A stretch of 64,000 bases of DNA. It comes from Patellaria atrata CBS 101060 (lineage: Eukaryota). The stretch lies in contig MU006096.1 in NCBI GenBank assembly GCA_010093705.1, positions 394,004 to 458,003 on the forward strand, read 5' to 3'. How positions within the stretch are numbered: the stretch's first letter is position 1; each line of letters opens with the position of its first letter. The position numbers were made by a program, and so were the translations under genes. The notes beneath the pieces were generated by a model. That model did no database searches. It had not been told where the DNA came from and worked only from the letters and a program-made list of their open reading frames with translations. This document shows, one piece after another, positions 23,110 through 36,180 of this stretch.

Positions 23110-25630
23110 CTATGAATCATGCACATGCCCTAACTTCGACAACTCCTTCCTAATACTCTCCTCTGTTAAGATCTTCCTGACTTGCGTATCTTCCAACTTT
23201 TCACCCCCAGCTTGCCTCATCTTCAAGTCCTCGATGGCCCTCAGTTTCTTCAACAGGCTCCTAACCTTCTTTTCCCCGGGGCTCGCACCACCGGGACTCG
23301 TAACCGTGAGGTCTGGCGGCGACATAACAGTATTCGGAGGTATCTCCAGCTTCTTCTGTCTAATATCCTGTCTCGACTGCTCCGCGGTAGTCTGGGGAGC
23401 TTGTCCAATCCCATCTTGCTGCTGCGGCTGCTGCTGCTGATTTTGTGGGATCCTCCAGTTGTCCACCTGCCCGGACTGGTTGCGCTGATGGCTGTGGTCT
23501 CTTTGCCTGCTTCCTGTCCTTCTCTGACTCTTTTCTCTCGGAGGCCCACCATTCTGGCCCTTGCTCCTGCTCCGCTCGTGGCCTCTTCCTCCCCTTCGTT
23601 CCGGACTCCTGTTTGGGTCTTTCGGCGCCTCTTCTCCGGCAGCTGCGAGTCCCGCTGCCTTTTCTGCTGCTTCTTTCGCTTTCTTGGCTTCACGTTTCTT
23701 CTTGTTCTTGAGCGCGGTCTTGCTCATTTCCGGATCGGCGCCTTCACCTGTTCCAGCGAGAGAGACGCCGCCGCCAGGCGCGGCTCCCGGAGGAAGAGGA
23801 GGCTCCAGTGCTTCGGCACCAGGGACTTCGCGACGTCGTTGCGGCCTATAGGCCCCACTGGGTCCGCTAGAGGTACCATTGGAAGAGATACCGTTGTTGC
23901 TGTAAGCTTGACCACCTTCATCTTCACGTTTGAAGACCAAAGGAGTAGTTGTTCCACGTGCTCCCGGTGGGCGGTAAGCTCCGGCAGGTTTGGAAGGCGT
24001 CTTAACAGTGCTCAGATACGCCAAGGCGGAGGAATGGGGCGTGGGAACTGGGTGGAAAGGATCACCTAGGGGATGCTGTGCAGTCGACTGGGGACGCCAG
24101 CATACGTGGTACAACTCGTGCATATCTTCGTTGTACATGACGCCACCACTAATATGCCATACTCTCACACCGTTGTCAACCCTAAGCCGTGGACTTGTCG
24201 TAGCAGTAAGGATATGCTTCCCATCCGGACTCCATTCGCAGACACTAGAGTTACTAGCTTGGATGGTGGTAACTTTGTTGTAATTCTTCTCGATATCGTA
24301 AATGTCCATCTGGCCAGCCAAATTACCGAAGCCTGCGACAAGAACAAATCGGCCATGAGGGGAGAATAGGATGGTGTTCCGCGGTGCAACTTGAAAATGG
24401 TGCTTTGCGACAGCACGTTGATCGAAAATGGTTGTGGTAGCGGGCATGTATCCGTAAACAACCCCAAACTCTTTCGAATTCGGATTCCAAGCGACATCAT
24501 GGATTGGACCTTCCTTGTCTACATTCATGTTAGCCAATTTCTAGGTTGATCCATCTGTCCAATGTAGTACATCATACCAAGTGTAATCCTCGCATCGAAC
24601 CCTCCATTGGCACTAAGAATATACATGTTGGTCTCGCCATAGTAGCTTTTGTTCGTCTTGTCAACTTCCGTCTGAGCCAGGACAATTAGACTCGTGCCCA
24701 AGGCATTCCATTTCAACTGCACTTTGTCGCCCTTGAAGAAAGTTTTTTGGGAAACGGCGCTATCGAACTGAGGGACATTGTAGACTTTGACGGCAGCTGG
24801 TTGGCCCTTTTCGGAGTAGTCAGTAAATGTTGGAATGTTATGGCGAATCTTAGCTAACCTTTCTCTCTGGGATAAAAACAGCAACTGAATGGTTCTTGCC
24901 CGGAGAAAGCGCAAAATCCGTCACCCCTTCAACACGGAGTTTGTTCCAGACGGTACCTAGATCCGCACTTTTATAGAATTGGACCTCGTTGGTGACAACA
25001 CGGGCACAAAATTGTTCGTCAAAAGTATACTGTAAGTTCCAGCCAGTCTGAGATTTCTGGACGAATTTTCCGACCGCATTCCTTTGGCCCTCGGAGCCCG
25101 CGTTGTCATCTGCCACACGCCAGACCTTCAAGTTCTTAGTAGCGTTACCATCGGCGTCTTTAGTAGGCCGTTGCCATGTAATAAGGTATGTCCCCAACGG
25201 TGAAAACCCAAGTTCGAAGACGTTATCTTCTGGGAGGGCGGTGACAACGTGACCAACTGAGGCATCTACCACCGAAATCCTAAACGTGCGGGGTCAATAA
25301 GGCGTCACGGAGGTCGATATCGAGTCACATACTGTTCGGGTGAAGCCCAAGCAAAGTATCTACCATCCGGGGAGTATACACAGCATCGAAGGTTCCCTTC
25401 CGGCCTATATTGCAATATTTACGTCAATTACGTATGACCAAATAGACGATGGATGCGGGGCTCACCTAGTGAAGGCAGGAACTGCTTCATAGACTGGAGC
25501 AGCATTGAGCAACCCAATGCCCTTTGAGGTCCGATCTACAAAATAATGCTCCGGTCAGCTTAAAGTTAAGTTGTTTGGGGACTGATGAGGGAATGTCAAG
25601 CTTACAGGCCAACTGAGTGGGAGTAGTCAT
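23110..25630 (-). CDS. eIF2A: Eukaryotic translation initiation factor 2A, multi-exon
   Basis: Start MTTPTQLA at 25630. Motifs KTFFKGDKVQLKWN, KSYYGETNMY, KEGPIHDVAW, GFGNLAGQMD, ATTSPRLRVDNG, GAYRPPGARG and KKLRAIEDLKMRQAGGEKLEDTQ. Confidence 0.93.
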
Positions 25631-26743
25631 GACTAGGCGATGTCGAAGACGTAGCGAGAGTATTTCTCCTCCTTGATGTGCAATAGAGTTTGCTGCTGAG
25701 GGAGAGTTGGTTTCGAAGAAGGTCGGAGGCTGATGGGCGCGAAGTAAATAAGTGAAGGGTGCAGCTGGCGAGGTGGCAGGGCGGACGTCAAGGTATTTTT
25801 GCGTATGACGAGGCGGGTTGTTGTGCTATTGTTCAGGCAATGAATAGTCAAATCCACCACCGGAGACAAAATTCACAGCTTGGTACAGCGTGGGCACACA
25901 GGTAGAAAGCTTGGTTTCAAAGGGCACCTGAGGGCGGACTCGATTGTTGGGAGAGAACGAGGGAAGGGAGAGGGAGGTGGGTAGAAATTCGTTGTCGAAC
26001 AAAATTTCCAAAGGGCAAGACAAGGCTCACGAGCCTAGGATACACCTCTCATCTACACAGTACACACATGCACCATCCCACCGCTAAAACGCACATGAAG
26101 GCGAGTAATATCAACGATACGATTACAACACACGCAGAAAAACACATAATTTTGCGATATATTTTGTCAAGTTTTCAACTCGCCTCCCTCGAGCGGTTCC
26201 TTTTTAACCGCCAGCTGAGTCGAGTCCCACGTACGGTAATCTACTATTCGGGCTCAACAAACAGCTATGTATTAAAAATAGTCTGTGGCCTGCCAACTGC
26301 AAATACAACCCTTCCTTATTATTGTCTCATGCATGTCTCATAAGGGCTAGAACTAGTGCACAAGGCCATACCGACATCTACAAAGTCGGCCATCATATTC
26401 AAGTAATAGCCCGTTGTCTACCACTATGGGCAGCTGGTTTTAATGCCATTATAAGTATCAATCTAGGGAGCTTACAAAATGCGGATATGACATCCTAGTC
26501 ATATGCAAAATATGTGTCGTAACCTAATTCTCTACCTGTATTAAACCTCCTTGTCACTATTCTCCGGCTTACTACACATTCTCTTTAGCAAAGTCGACGG
26601 AAGGATCAATATTAAAATGTATAATAACCTTGTTAAGCGTACCCAAAGCTCCATATAAAATCGGACCATGTCCTGACCATGACAGTAAAAAAGGATAGCA
26701 TAAGAATATGAGATTGCGTCCACATTTTATCTCCTCATATGCT

Positions 26744-27412
26744 TCATTCCTTTTGCATTCGTTCCCACTCTTCCCGCAGAAGCCCGTACCATACCAGGTC
26801 CATGAGTTTTCCATATTTGTTAACATATCCTCGAAGTGTCCCTTCATAGACGAACCCGTTCTTAATGGCAACTTTCTCGCTACCCTTATTGCCCGAATAG
26901 AATGCTATTTGTAGCTTTGTCATCTCCGGTTTATTCCTGAAAGTCCAGTCTGTCAATAACTGACAAGCAGCGGATGCTATTCCCCTTCCCCAATACTCCT
27001 CACCGACCCAGTAACCAATCTCTGCTGTGTGGGTATGAACGTCACTTCCAGGTTTAAGTCCACAACTACCGATGATTAGTCCCTCACTTGGATCCCGGCC
27101 TTCACCTGGGTTCGTTGTAATGACGAAATTCGGCTTCTCTGGTTCGGTTAGGCACATAGTAATCCACTTCCTACCGGCCTCTACCGTATATTTGCTCGGG
27201 AACGCGTTGGTCATCCACTGGGAGATATTCGGGTTGTCGGCCTGCTTCGCCATAGGTTCTGCGTCATTTGGATGATATGGTCGAATATAACACAGTGAAT
27301 GGCTTGCTATTGGCGGCGGGATAGGATCAATTGGTAGTCTGACGAGCTTCGGTGATGATGTTACGGGCTTTGTCTGAGGCGGTTCGGAAATAACCGCGGT
27401 TTGGTAGTCCAT
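26744..27412 (-). CDS. GNAT acetyltransferase, RimJ/RimL-like
   Basis: 222-aa ORF with AEIGYWVGEEYWGRGIA and NKGSEKVAIKNGFVYEGTLR acetyl-CoA-binding motifs. Confidence 0.88.
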   Translation of the reverse strand: MDYQTAVISEPPQTKPVTSSPKLVRLPIDPIPPPIASHSLCYIRPYHPNDAEPMAKQADNPNISQWMTNAFPSKYTVEAGRKWITMCLTEPEKPNFVITTNPGEGRDPSEGLIIGSCGLKPGSDVHTHTAEIGYWVGEEYWGRGIASAACQLLTDWTFRNKPEMTKLQIAFYSGNKGSEKVAIKNGFVYEGTLRGYVNKYGKLMDLVWYGLLREEWERMQKE

Positions 27413-27938
27413 TATAGAATGACTTCAACAGAAAGGAGGACGAATGCGACAGGAAAATTGAGAGTAATGAAAAGGCTAACAGAGAAGAGACACAACATCC
27501 ATTTCGGGCCAACCTTCTGATATATTACTTCGAATGAGTCACTTACGTAGCAAACCATTGACTCAATCAGTGAATGTAACCATATGATAAGATACGAGAA
27601 AAGCGATATACCTACTAAAACGGTCCCTACAGCCCTTTTGAAATCCCTACATCAGTACAGGCCCAATAGAACCCGTGTTCCGGTGTTGGCTTGGTCAGCC
27701 TGTCCATGCTGGAGTGCATGGTACTGTACTGTACACTACACTACACTAGACGCAGCGAGGAAATGCCGCAATGATTCAACGCGAGGGGAAACCGAAGACC
27801 AATCAAGAAACATTGTTCCCGTGGTGTTCGGCAATTCATTATATGCGTCTACAAGATAGTAGAAGGAGAATGTAGAGTCCAAACATTGAGATGGTATAAA
27901 TACCCAGCATAGCCGAGGTTCTTCCGTGGTAATATTCT

Positions 27939-27960
27939 ACGCGTCTTCCCGCGTCTTCCC
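27939..27960 (+). promoter_or_regulatory. MCB-like (MBF) elements upstream of ECO1
   Basis: ACGCGT at 27939-27944 and CCGCGT at 27949-27954 sit within a direct duplication of GCGTCTTCCC, about 50-65 bp upstream of the ECO1 ATG. This fits G1/S expression of an S-phase gene. Confidence 0.5.
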
Positions 27961-28003
27961 AAGAGGGAGCATCCTAAACAGTTATTCGGACGAATACTAC
28001 AAC

Positions 28004-29270
28004 ATGAGAACGAGGTGAATACAACTGACTTTATAGTACAGCATGTGCTAAATACCACTCTAGGCCCACTCTCAAAACCTATACGCGACACCGAATTTCT
28101 ATCAACGATGACGAGCCTCCAACTAAGCGACAGCGACTGAGTTATCCACACGATGAGAACAAAAAAGATGCTATATCGAACAGTAAGCCCAGAGAACTGA
28201 GCCGTAATGCAATTTCAAGGCATACACCAAGCTCTCCTCACGCAGAATCTTCGATATGCTCCGATCCAGTTTGTCCAAATTCAACCCCACCATCCTCCCC
28301 TCCAACTAAGGTCGCATTGCCTGCCATTCCTCAGAAGAAGCGTCCCGCGTTCTCATTTTCGCAATGGAAGAAGGATGCAACAATGGTCGCTAGAGAACCA
28401 CTGACCGAAATGATCACAAATATGCAATCGGCAACTATTCCCCTGAAGAAGAAAAGAAAGAAAACTTTAACCCAGATGCGGATTGACCTTGGCGGAGAGA
28501 TTCGTAAGACTTGTAAGGTATGTAGTATGGAGTATATTCCATCTACCGCAGAGGATGCAGCTTTACACAAGAAGTTCCACGCCATGAACGTAGGAGGGAT
28601 TGACTTGACGAAGCCGTTTGTAGACCAAATAAGAACAAGCAAAATTTGGAGCGGAGATGACGGCGCCTTTGTCATTGCAGTCTCGAGGAAAGATACCCAA
28701 GCATCCAGGAACAAGGTCCGAAAGATTCTAGAGGTAGTTAACAAGGAACTTGGTGCAGTAGACATTGAGGACGACAAACTCTGGAGTCAGATCAGTGCTA
28801 TGGCGGATTGCAACAAAACAAAACGGAACGTTCAGCGAGATCGGGGTACAAACTCTGACCTAAAGATACCATGCCCTCGTTATGATCGATTCAAGGCCTA
28901 CCTTTACATACAAGGCGGAAAATGTACCGGACTTTGTTTGGCAGAGCGAATATCAAAAGCTCGACGAGTTCTAGAAAGTAAAGAAAATACTGCGGTCGAG
29001 TATGGTAGCACAGATACAATAAGCTCTTCGATATCCGCATCCAATGGCGCAGTTACCTCAATGCTTGGAATTTCGCGTATCTGGACATCGAGTTCTCATC
29101 GACGGAAAGGAATCGCAAACATATTACTGGATTGCGCGGCAGCTAACTTTCTATACGGAATGAGGATACCAAAGGATATGATTGCTTTTAGTCAACCGAC
29201 AGAGAGTGGTGGTAAACTGGCACAAAAGTGGTTTGGGAAGAAGAGTGGTTGGCACGTGTACGTCGATTGA
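28004..29270 (+). CDS. ECO1: Cohesin N-acetyltransferase Eco1
   Basis: ATG at 28004 plus a short intron runs in frame into ORF 28317-29270. PIP-like LTQMRIDLG, C2H2 finger CKVCSMEY...HKKFH, and acetyltransferase motifs GISRIWTSSSHRRKGIA and AFSQPTESG. Confidence 0.93.
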
Positions 29271-29796
29271 CATGTTGGCTCCACAGTATAGGAGTACAAA
29301 AGCCAGTGCTACGCTGCGGGTGGCAATTATAATGTACATGTACAGCAATGTACAGATTCTATGACGGGTATCAAATGGTTTTGACGTCGCTGGGACTGAT
29401 GCAGCGCTACCGTATCTGAAAGGGGTACATCTTTCACCCGTTTACCTAACATTAGGTTGGCATAGTTGCAAGAAGTAGAGAATAACTGAATCAGATATCT
29501 GGTAGCCCGAATACATGAGTATATCAAATATTGTAGAAGTAATCGAAGAAACATGGTGGTTAACAGTATAGTCTACCTGTTTCTTGCATGACCCTGAATG
29601 CGTACTGTAAAAGCTCAACCCCCGCGATCTGCTCAAGCATCTGTAGCACTGAAGCCGCCGATCATATCAGCAACAACAACCCGCTGCCTTCTAAAGAGGT
29701 ATATCAGCTGTTCTCTGTGGAAATTGGTATATCATACCTCTTTGTACATAACATAATCCTTGAGAGCTATGGGCCCGCCTGCTTAAAGCATCCATC

Positions 29797-31855
29797 ATGT
29801 CTGGCAATCCATTTCGACGCTCTCTTCTACCCGCCGCTTCTCCTTCAAGCAACACATCCGCCGCCTTCCATGACCCCAATGTCAGCTTTGAGCAGCGCTT
29901 CCCAGTCTTAGACGAGGGTAACTCTTTTTCTCCCTCTGTAGTTTCATGTAAATAGTAATCAATCAGCAGTGAGCTCCAAACCAACTTCAACAAAGACGAA
30001 GAAGGTCCGCATCACCTCCCCTCCACGATCCCCTCCGCAACCGTCAAGCCCAAATCCAGACAGCGCATTCTCTCGTGGGCCTTCAACTCCATATCACACT
30101 ACCTTCCCTTCTTCCTCACTACCTCCAGAATCTACAGCCATACAAGATGATCCAGACGACCCGTTCAATAGAGATTCAGACGGTGAGAGTGGGTCCACAG
30201 ATAATGAGGAGCTGAGACAAAATACACAAGGGAACTCGGGCTCACTACACTCCAGTTCCAGTCAGATCCCAAACCCTTTTCAAAGGACATTAGCTACAAT
30301 GGAACCATCCTCACAGACTACCGTTGATCCTCAGTCCAATTCTAGGGCTCTCGGGGTTAAAGATAAACCTCCCACGGCAGGAAGAGCCTCAATGGACGTC
30401 GATTCCTTCAAGAGACTGCTGCTCACAGGCAATGCTAATTCAACGTCCATGAGCACTGCGTCTACTGTCATGCCACACCCAAAACCGCAATTTGGTCTCA
30501 CTGGGGATAGCAGTAGTAGTACAGATACCTCCTCTGTCTCCCGACAATCCATCTTTGAACCTGTTCATGAACCGGCCCAAGAGTCACCACGGACTTCCTA
30601 CGAATTGGATCTATCCGATGACGATGAGCGGTCCCAATTAGTCGAAGTTGGACCTAAAGTGCCGAAGAAGAAACCCCCGCTCCCGAAGCATCGCCATGGC
30701 AAGTTAGTCTCATCCAGAGCACCTCAGACCGTATCGTTTGCAGACTTTTCTCCTTCTTATGCACCCCAGAGAGACCATAGTCCCAGTGCAACTTCGAGAC
30801 GGACCGTAACTCGAAAGCCATCCGACCTCAATAAGCCGCTCCCGCCGCCCCCAATATCTCCAGGCATTCAGACAGAGGACATGTCTTCTATTTCCCCTCC
30901 CTCTCCTGAAGAAAAGCGCCTCAATATCGAGCCTTCGACACCCGTTTCCCCAGAAAATTCACTTCCCACTTCTATCGCAGCACCCCCTCTTTCTGCCTCA
31001 CAAGACCAACCCAACCCAACACCACCTCTCATCGACTCCCCTATGCAGACCAAGAAGACCCCTCCTCCCGTCCCTCTCTCGCGTCGGCACAGTCAGCTCC
31101 GTTCCTCCAATCCTCTCTCCAACCGCTCCCGTTCCAACTCAACCCTCACAACTTCCTCTCTGGACGGTCCTCCAACCCGACCCGATAGCATCGCCGAAGT
31201 CACATCTCCCACTTCCGCATTCATACCCTCACCTCCCCCAACCATACCTCGAAGTATCGCCGAAACTGCCACTCCAGTCCAGTCCACGACCACCTTCGCA
31301 CCTCCATTAACAGCCTCCCTATCAACCTCAACACCCTCCCTCGTGCGAGCCCCCAGTATCACAGAAAGCACATCCTCCCGATCAAAACCCCCGCCTCCGC
31401 CCCCAGCGCGTAGACACCGCTCAGCCTCGAAAACAGAGCAGCAGGCGTCAAGTGCAGGACCTGCAGCCGCGGCGTCTTGGTCGAACTCGCAACTAGTACT
31501 CAACTCGACCCAGGGGGCTGGGGCGATGAGTCCGCCCACCTCGCCCCAACAGACGTTTCAGGGCGTCATTAGAAGCCCTAGCGTACGGAGCTCTATGGGC
31601 CCGCCGCCCCCTCCACCGCCGAAGAGGAGCAGCGCAAAGAGCAGTTTTGAGGCGCAGAGGCCCGGGTTGGCGGAGTTGCGGAGGGCGAGTACGGTGAGTG
31701 GGACCGAGGGGAGGGAAGAGGGTCTTGCTGGGTCGGAGGTACGTGCAGGAGAGGGTACAAGTGGAAGCGGTGGTGGTGTGGATATCTTGGGCGATATGGA
31801 GGCGTTTCAGAGGGAGATTGACGAGTTGAGGGATCGGTATCGGAGGGGGAGTTAG
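29797..31855 (+). CDS. Pro/Ser-rich hypothetical protein
   Basis: Probable start MSGNPFRR at 29797 with one intron before ORF 29969-31855. Short conserved-looking blocks MDVDSFKRLLLTG, KKKPPLPKHRHGKL, PPPVPLSRRHSQ and DILGDMEAFQREIDELR. Confidence 0.75.
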
Positions 31856-32490
31856 TGGGTCTGGGATCTAGGTCTGTCCGGCATAGAGACTGGGAATCGC
31901 GCATCTTATGCTTTTTGCATGTGTATATGGTGTTGATGAGAGGCGTTTGTTCGTGTTAGGTATAGGTTAGCCATTGACCTGTTGCTCAGGTTGGCGAATT
32001 GGATCTCTGGGGGTACAGGTAGCTCTGCATGTGCGCTTTCTGGTTAGCTGGCTCGAGATATTTTACATAGGATAGGATAGGATATCATGATTCGTGTACT
32101 AGAAGTTTGAAGGATCACTTGTTCTGCAGGATAGATGTTGCCACTGTACTTCGATGAAATTAAAAGATGGAATCCAGACGCAAAGAATCTATTACAAACT
32201 AACTGAAAGAGCAAAATCGCTAATGCTATGTTCTCTTATGCATCTATGCTTCCGGCGTCATATGTCCCTAAACGGTCCCTGCATATGCAATCTGATCTCT
32301 CCACCAAAATTGCCAACCAAAATAGAAACAAGAAAAAAAAAAGGCGAGGAAATATTAGAAAAGAGTGAAAGTAAGACCGATGAACCACACCGCATGTAAA
32401 TCCCAAACTACATATCAATCTGTATCCAGAACACCACCGCAGACCCAACCAGCCAAAATGCCTCTCCATGGACAGAATACTTACACCGAC

Positions 32491-34593
32491 TTAGTACGCG
32501 AGACTAACGACACTCCTCCTGTTCTTCCCCACCGCACTGTTCCCCTCAACCATGGACGGCGTGATACCCCTAATGGGCAAACTGACCACGGTGCCTCTAC
32601 TCTCCTCCTTCCTCCTGATAGGTTTGACGGTACTCGTACTCCCCGTTTCACTCTTATACTCCTCGATCTCAAACTCATCCTCCCTCTCCCTCCTACTCGA
32701 TTTGGAGTGGCTCGAATGCCTACTCGAACCCGAGTGTCTAGAAGCAGACGACTTAGCCTTCGAATGGCTCGAATGGTGCGACCGCGTCGGCGAGCGCGAG
32801 GAGTGATGGCTATGATGGCTCCGACGGCTCCGATGCGACCTCGAGCTCCCGGCCTGGCTGATGCTGTCCGAGGGGACGACGGTGTCGATGTCGTCGCTGC
32901 TGTCCATCTCCTCTAGCACGATTCCACCGCCGACGGCGGAATGGTAATCGCTCGCCTCCCGGCCGAGGACGCTGCCGATGATGCTCGGTGGCTTGCTCGG
33001 CGTGCTGGCGTCCGAGGGCGTCAGTGGCGCCGAGGCCCCGAGCGGGGATGGAGTGTATTGCGAGCGTTCGTGGGAGGATTTGCGGGTTGCAGTTTTGTCG
33101 CTTCGGTCGGATTTGTGGGAGCTGCTGCTGTGCGAGGATTTCGCTTTCGAAGTCTTGGTTGAGGTCGAGACGGTTGATTTCGGTGCTTTTATCGTGCTGT
33201 GAGAGGTTCTGCCCGAGGAGGATTTGGGTTTGGAATATGTGGAGCTGTGGGTTTCTTCCTCGGGGACAAAACTACTGATTAGACTTGGCTCTTTCTCTGG
33301 AGTCGCGGGGGGAGTCATATATTCGTGGCCACCGCCGTTGAGCGCGCTAGGACTCGAGACGGAGCGGGTACCACTGTAGATGCTGCGGGGAGACTGGCTA
33401 TGTCCCGTGACGGAGGCGGCGGGAATGTACTCGCTGTTTTCATATTGGTAATACGACTGCGCCTCTCCCCCGACTCTGGTAGGGGGAACTGTAGTATAGG
33501 TCGGTGCGTGATAGCTGCGAGCGGGTGGCGCTTCGATGGCGTACTGCTGTCTTTGGGGTGGCGAGCTGTAGTAGGACTCTGTTTCCGAGATATTTCTATG
33601 CTGAACACCTACACGCGAGGGAGACTCGTAGGTTGGTTGTGGATATTGCTGTAGCTGTTGTTGTTGGGCTGCTGGCGGTGCCTCGAGTTGCTGCTGCTGA
33701 TATTGTACAGGAGCCTGAGAAGCCGCTCTGGATGACTCCTTGACCTTGATGGAAGCAATATACTCTTGCTCCGCTCGCGCGCCGTCCTCTTCTCCTTTTA
33801 CCATAGCGTAAGCGACCGCGGCACCGGCAGCAGCACCAAGAAGAGTCCCAATGATTTTCTTCGCAGTCACATCGCCGAACGTAGACGAAGACTGGACGAC
33901 GGTAGTCATGGTCGGAACAACCGGGCTGGAAGCACTTCTCGCTACACTCGGCGGCTTGCTACTCCTCACAGATCCCGCAACACCCTCCTGCTTCACCACA
34001 GACGGCGCAAGACTCCTCGCTTCTCCAGCGAGCGTGAGAGCTTTCTTCATCGTACCGATGCTGCTCCTGCTAACTGTACTGCGATCGTCGTCAAGGGTAT
34101 CGGTAACCCCTTCACGCCATGTTAAGACTCTGCTAGGTGCAGGGGCAGCAAGTTGATTCTGCTGCTCTGCGTCCTCGCGGTAGACGACTTCAACACTGTT
34201 GCCATCCATGTCGAGAATTGCGGCGTTGAAGTAACCATTATCCTCATTCCGTACGGCGGGAGCACCGTGAGGCCGACCCCCTGCCGTGAGAGCGGCGGAG
34301 TAGAAGTCACGAACAGCAATTCGGGAAGGAGCACTGAATGCGATATGGGCAGCACCTGCCTTGATTCTGGATAATGTTAGTATAAACAAAATGTAGATAT
34401 TCTACCTAATAAGGTAGTGCTCTTACCCCGGTGTTTCTTGACAAAGGAAAAAGTCGGCATCATTGATCCCCAGACCGATTTGGTTCCCTTGTTGGCCAAT
34501 GTACCGGTAGCCCAGAGGTTGAAGAGCAGATAGAAAGAACGAGCATGAGGTGGGCAGGTGCGATACCGTGAGACCGATATGGGAGACGGGCAT
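32491..34593 (-). CDS. Glyoxalase/VOC-domain protein with long low-complexity C-terminal extension
   Basis: Exon 1 MPVSHIGLTVSHLPTSCSFFLSALQPLGY. Exon 2 HIAFSAPSRIAVRDFYSAALTAGG...YFNAAILDMDGNSVEVV, followed by a Ser/His-rich tail. Confidence 0.82.
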
Positions 34594-36180
34594 TGTGAGG
34601 AGTCGGATTAAACAGCGGTGTATGAGATGAGTCTGAAAGAAAGAAGGATGTATCTGAGACTATATGAGGTGGAAGAGAAGTGAATATCTCCACGCTATTA
34701 TAAGAGTTCAGAATGCTTAATGCTTTCACGCAACTTGAAGTGTCAAAGTGGACTTAACGATTAATGACTAGAGAGAGAAAGACTGTAGAAACGGAAGGAA
34801 ATATAAATGTTACACTATTCGAATGAGTATATGTCCTGCAAGAAGAGCACGAGCGACAGCGAGAGAATAGTCCGGAACATGGCACAAGACGAATCATTTT
34901 GCTTTATTAGATGCGCGCTTGCCATGCTTGCTATATGCTTGCTGGGTGCTTGATGCGCGTCCCCACAATCGTAAAGTCTCTACTTGTTCCCTTCTCGCCT
35001 CATAGATTTGGTGTTGGCCTGGTTGGTCGTCAAAGGTCATCCGTGTTTAGGTCCGATGGAAGAAGATGCGTTAAGATGCAGAAACACTCAGAGACTGCCA
35101 CGACATGCATGCAGTAGGCCACCTTCATAACCCAATAGGCGCCGGCCCGTTGCGTGCAGAACTCCACACTCAAGAACTTTTTGTTGTCTTCCCTTGTCTG
35201 GACCTGTACAACTGTACAATACTGTACAAACCATCTTATAAACCCAGTCTTCGATCGACAGCCTCACCGAATCCCCTTTCTCTTTCTCATTATTCCTTCG
35301 CTCACAACCTTCAAAAGCAGTTTGATACCCGGAGATCTCGCCCTCGACCGCCGGGCGTCTGGTTCGGATCTCTGCTCAATGTCAATCCAATCGCCTTTAT
35401 AGCGCATATAGGTAATATCTCTATTCTAGCTGATCACCGATGCTACATTAACGTTATTCCATGCTGCTATTCTTGATTGCCTCTCAACAAAATTTACGCC
35501 TTTTTGGCCTCACACGTCAGTATCATATATCAAGTGTACTTAAGAGGATGCATTGGTCTGCATCGGTCCAATTTATCAGGCGAGCCGATGGATGGCTAGT
35601 ACGCCCGTCGGCGTGGTGCTGGTGTTAGGTGACAGTTGAGGCGGCATGTACGGCACATCCAAATATGCACGCTGACACTTTCGTGGCGCTCATGAGAAGA
35701 CATCGTAATCTTGTAATATTTCATTCGCTCGTGATGAAGAATTTCCTTGATAATACCATGCAAACTTTTACGGAATCATGGTCTCATCCTATGGCTCATA
35801 GATAAAACCACATAGCATAGGACTTCCCTTCTATTAGTACCGCAACTCAAGACCTGATATGGAAATAGTAGATAGAGAAATGAAGATAATCAAATGCAAA
35901 GTACCAGCTGAAATGGCCTTCCCGCTGAGAGATCGCTTGAGTCTGTCGAGAGGCTGATGTTTTGGTTGTAAAAACAGAGACCGTCCACAGGAGCTTCAAT
36001 GAACTGAGCACGGGTGGATGGAGCGTTGATGTTGTAATCTTCGCCTTGCCCAATGCCGTGAAACTGTAGTTTGTTTGTACCCACCAATCCACAAGTCCCT
36101 CTTTGCATGCTCAACGTGGCAGAATTGGCCTGAGCCTCGTCAAAACCTATTGTCGACCTAGTTGAAGACCAGGCCACCGT

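Noticed and set aside
23182..24069. 295-aa plus-strand ORF
   Set aside because: Antisense shadow of the eIF2A coding exon.
32365..32916. 183-aa plus-strand ORF and neighbouring ORFs
   Set aside because: Antisense to the low-complexity tail of the VOC protein.
35331..35375. Hairpin GAGATC-CGCCC...GGGCG-GATCTC containing GGTTCG
   Set aside because: No tRNA cloverleaf or A-box. An isolated hairpin is insufficient evidence for an RNA gene.
35847..36177. ORFs immediately downstream of EMG1
   Set aside because: GTG start abutting the EMG1 stop and no recognisable family. Most likely 3' UTR.
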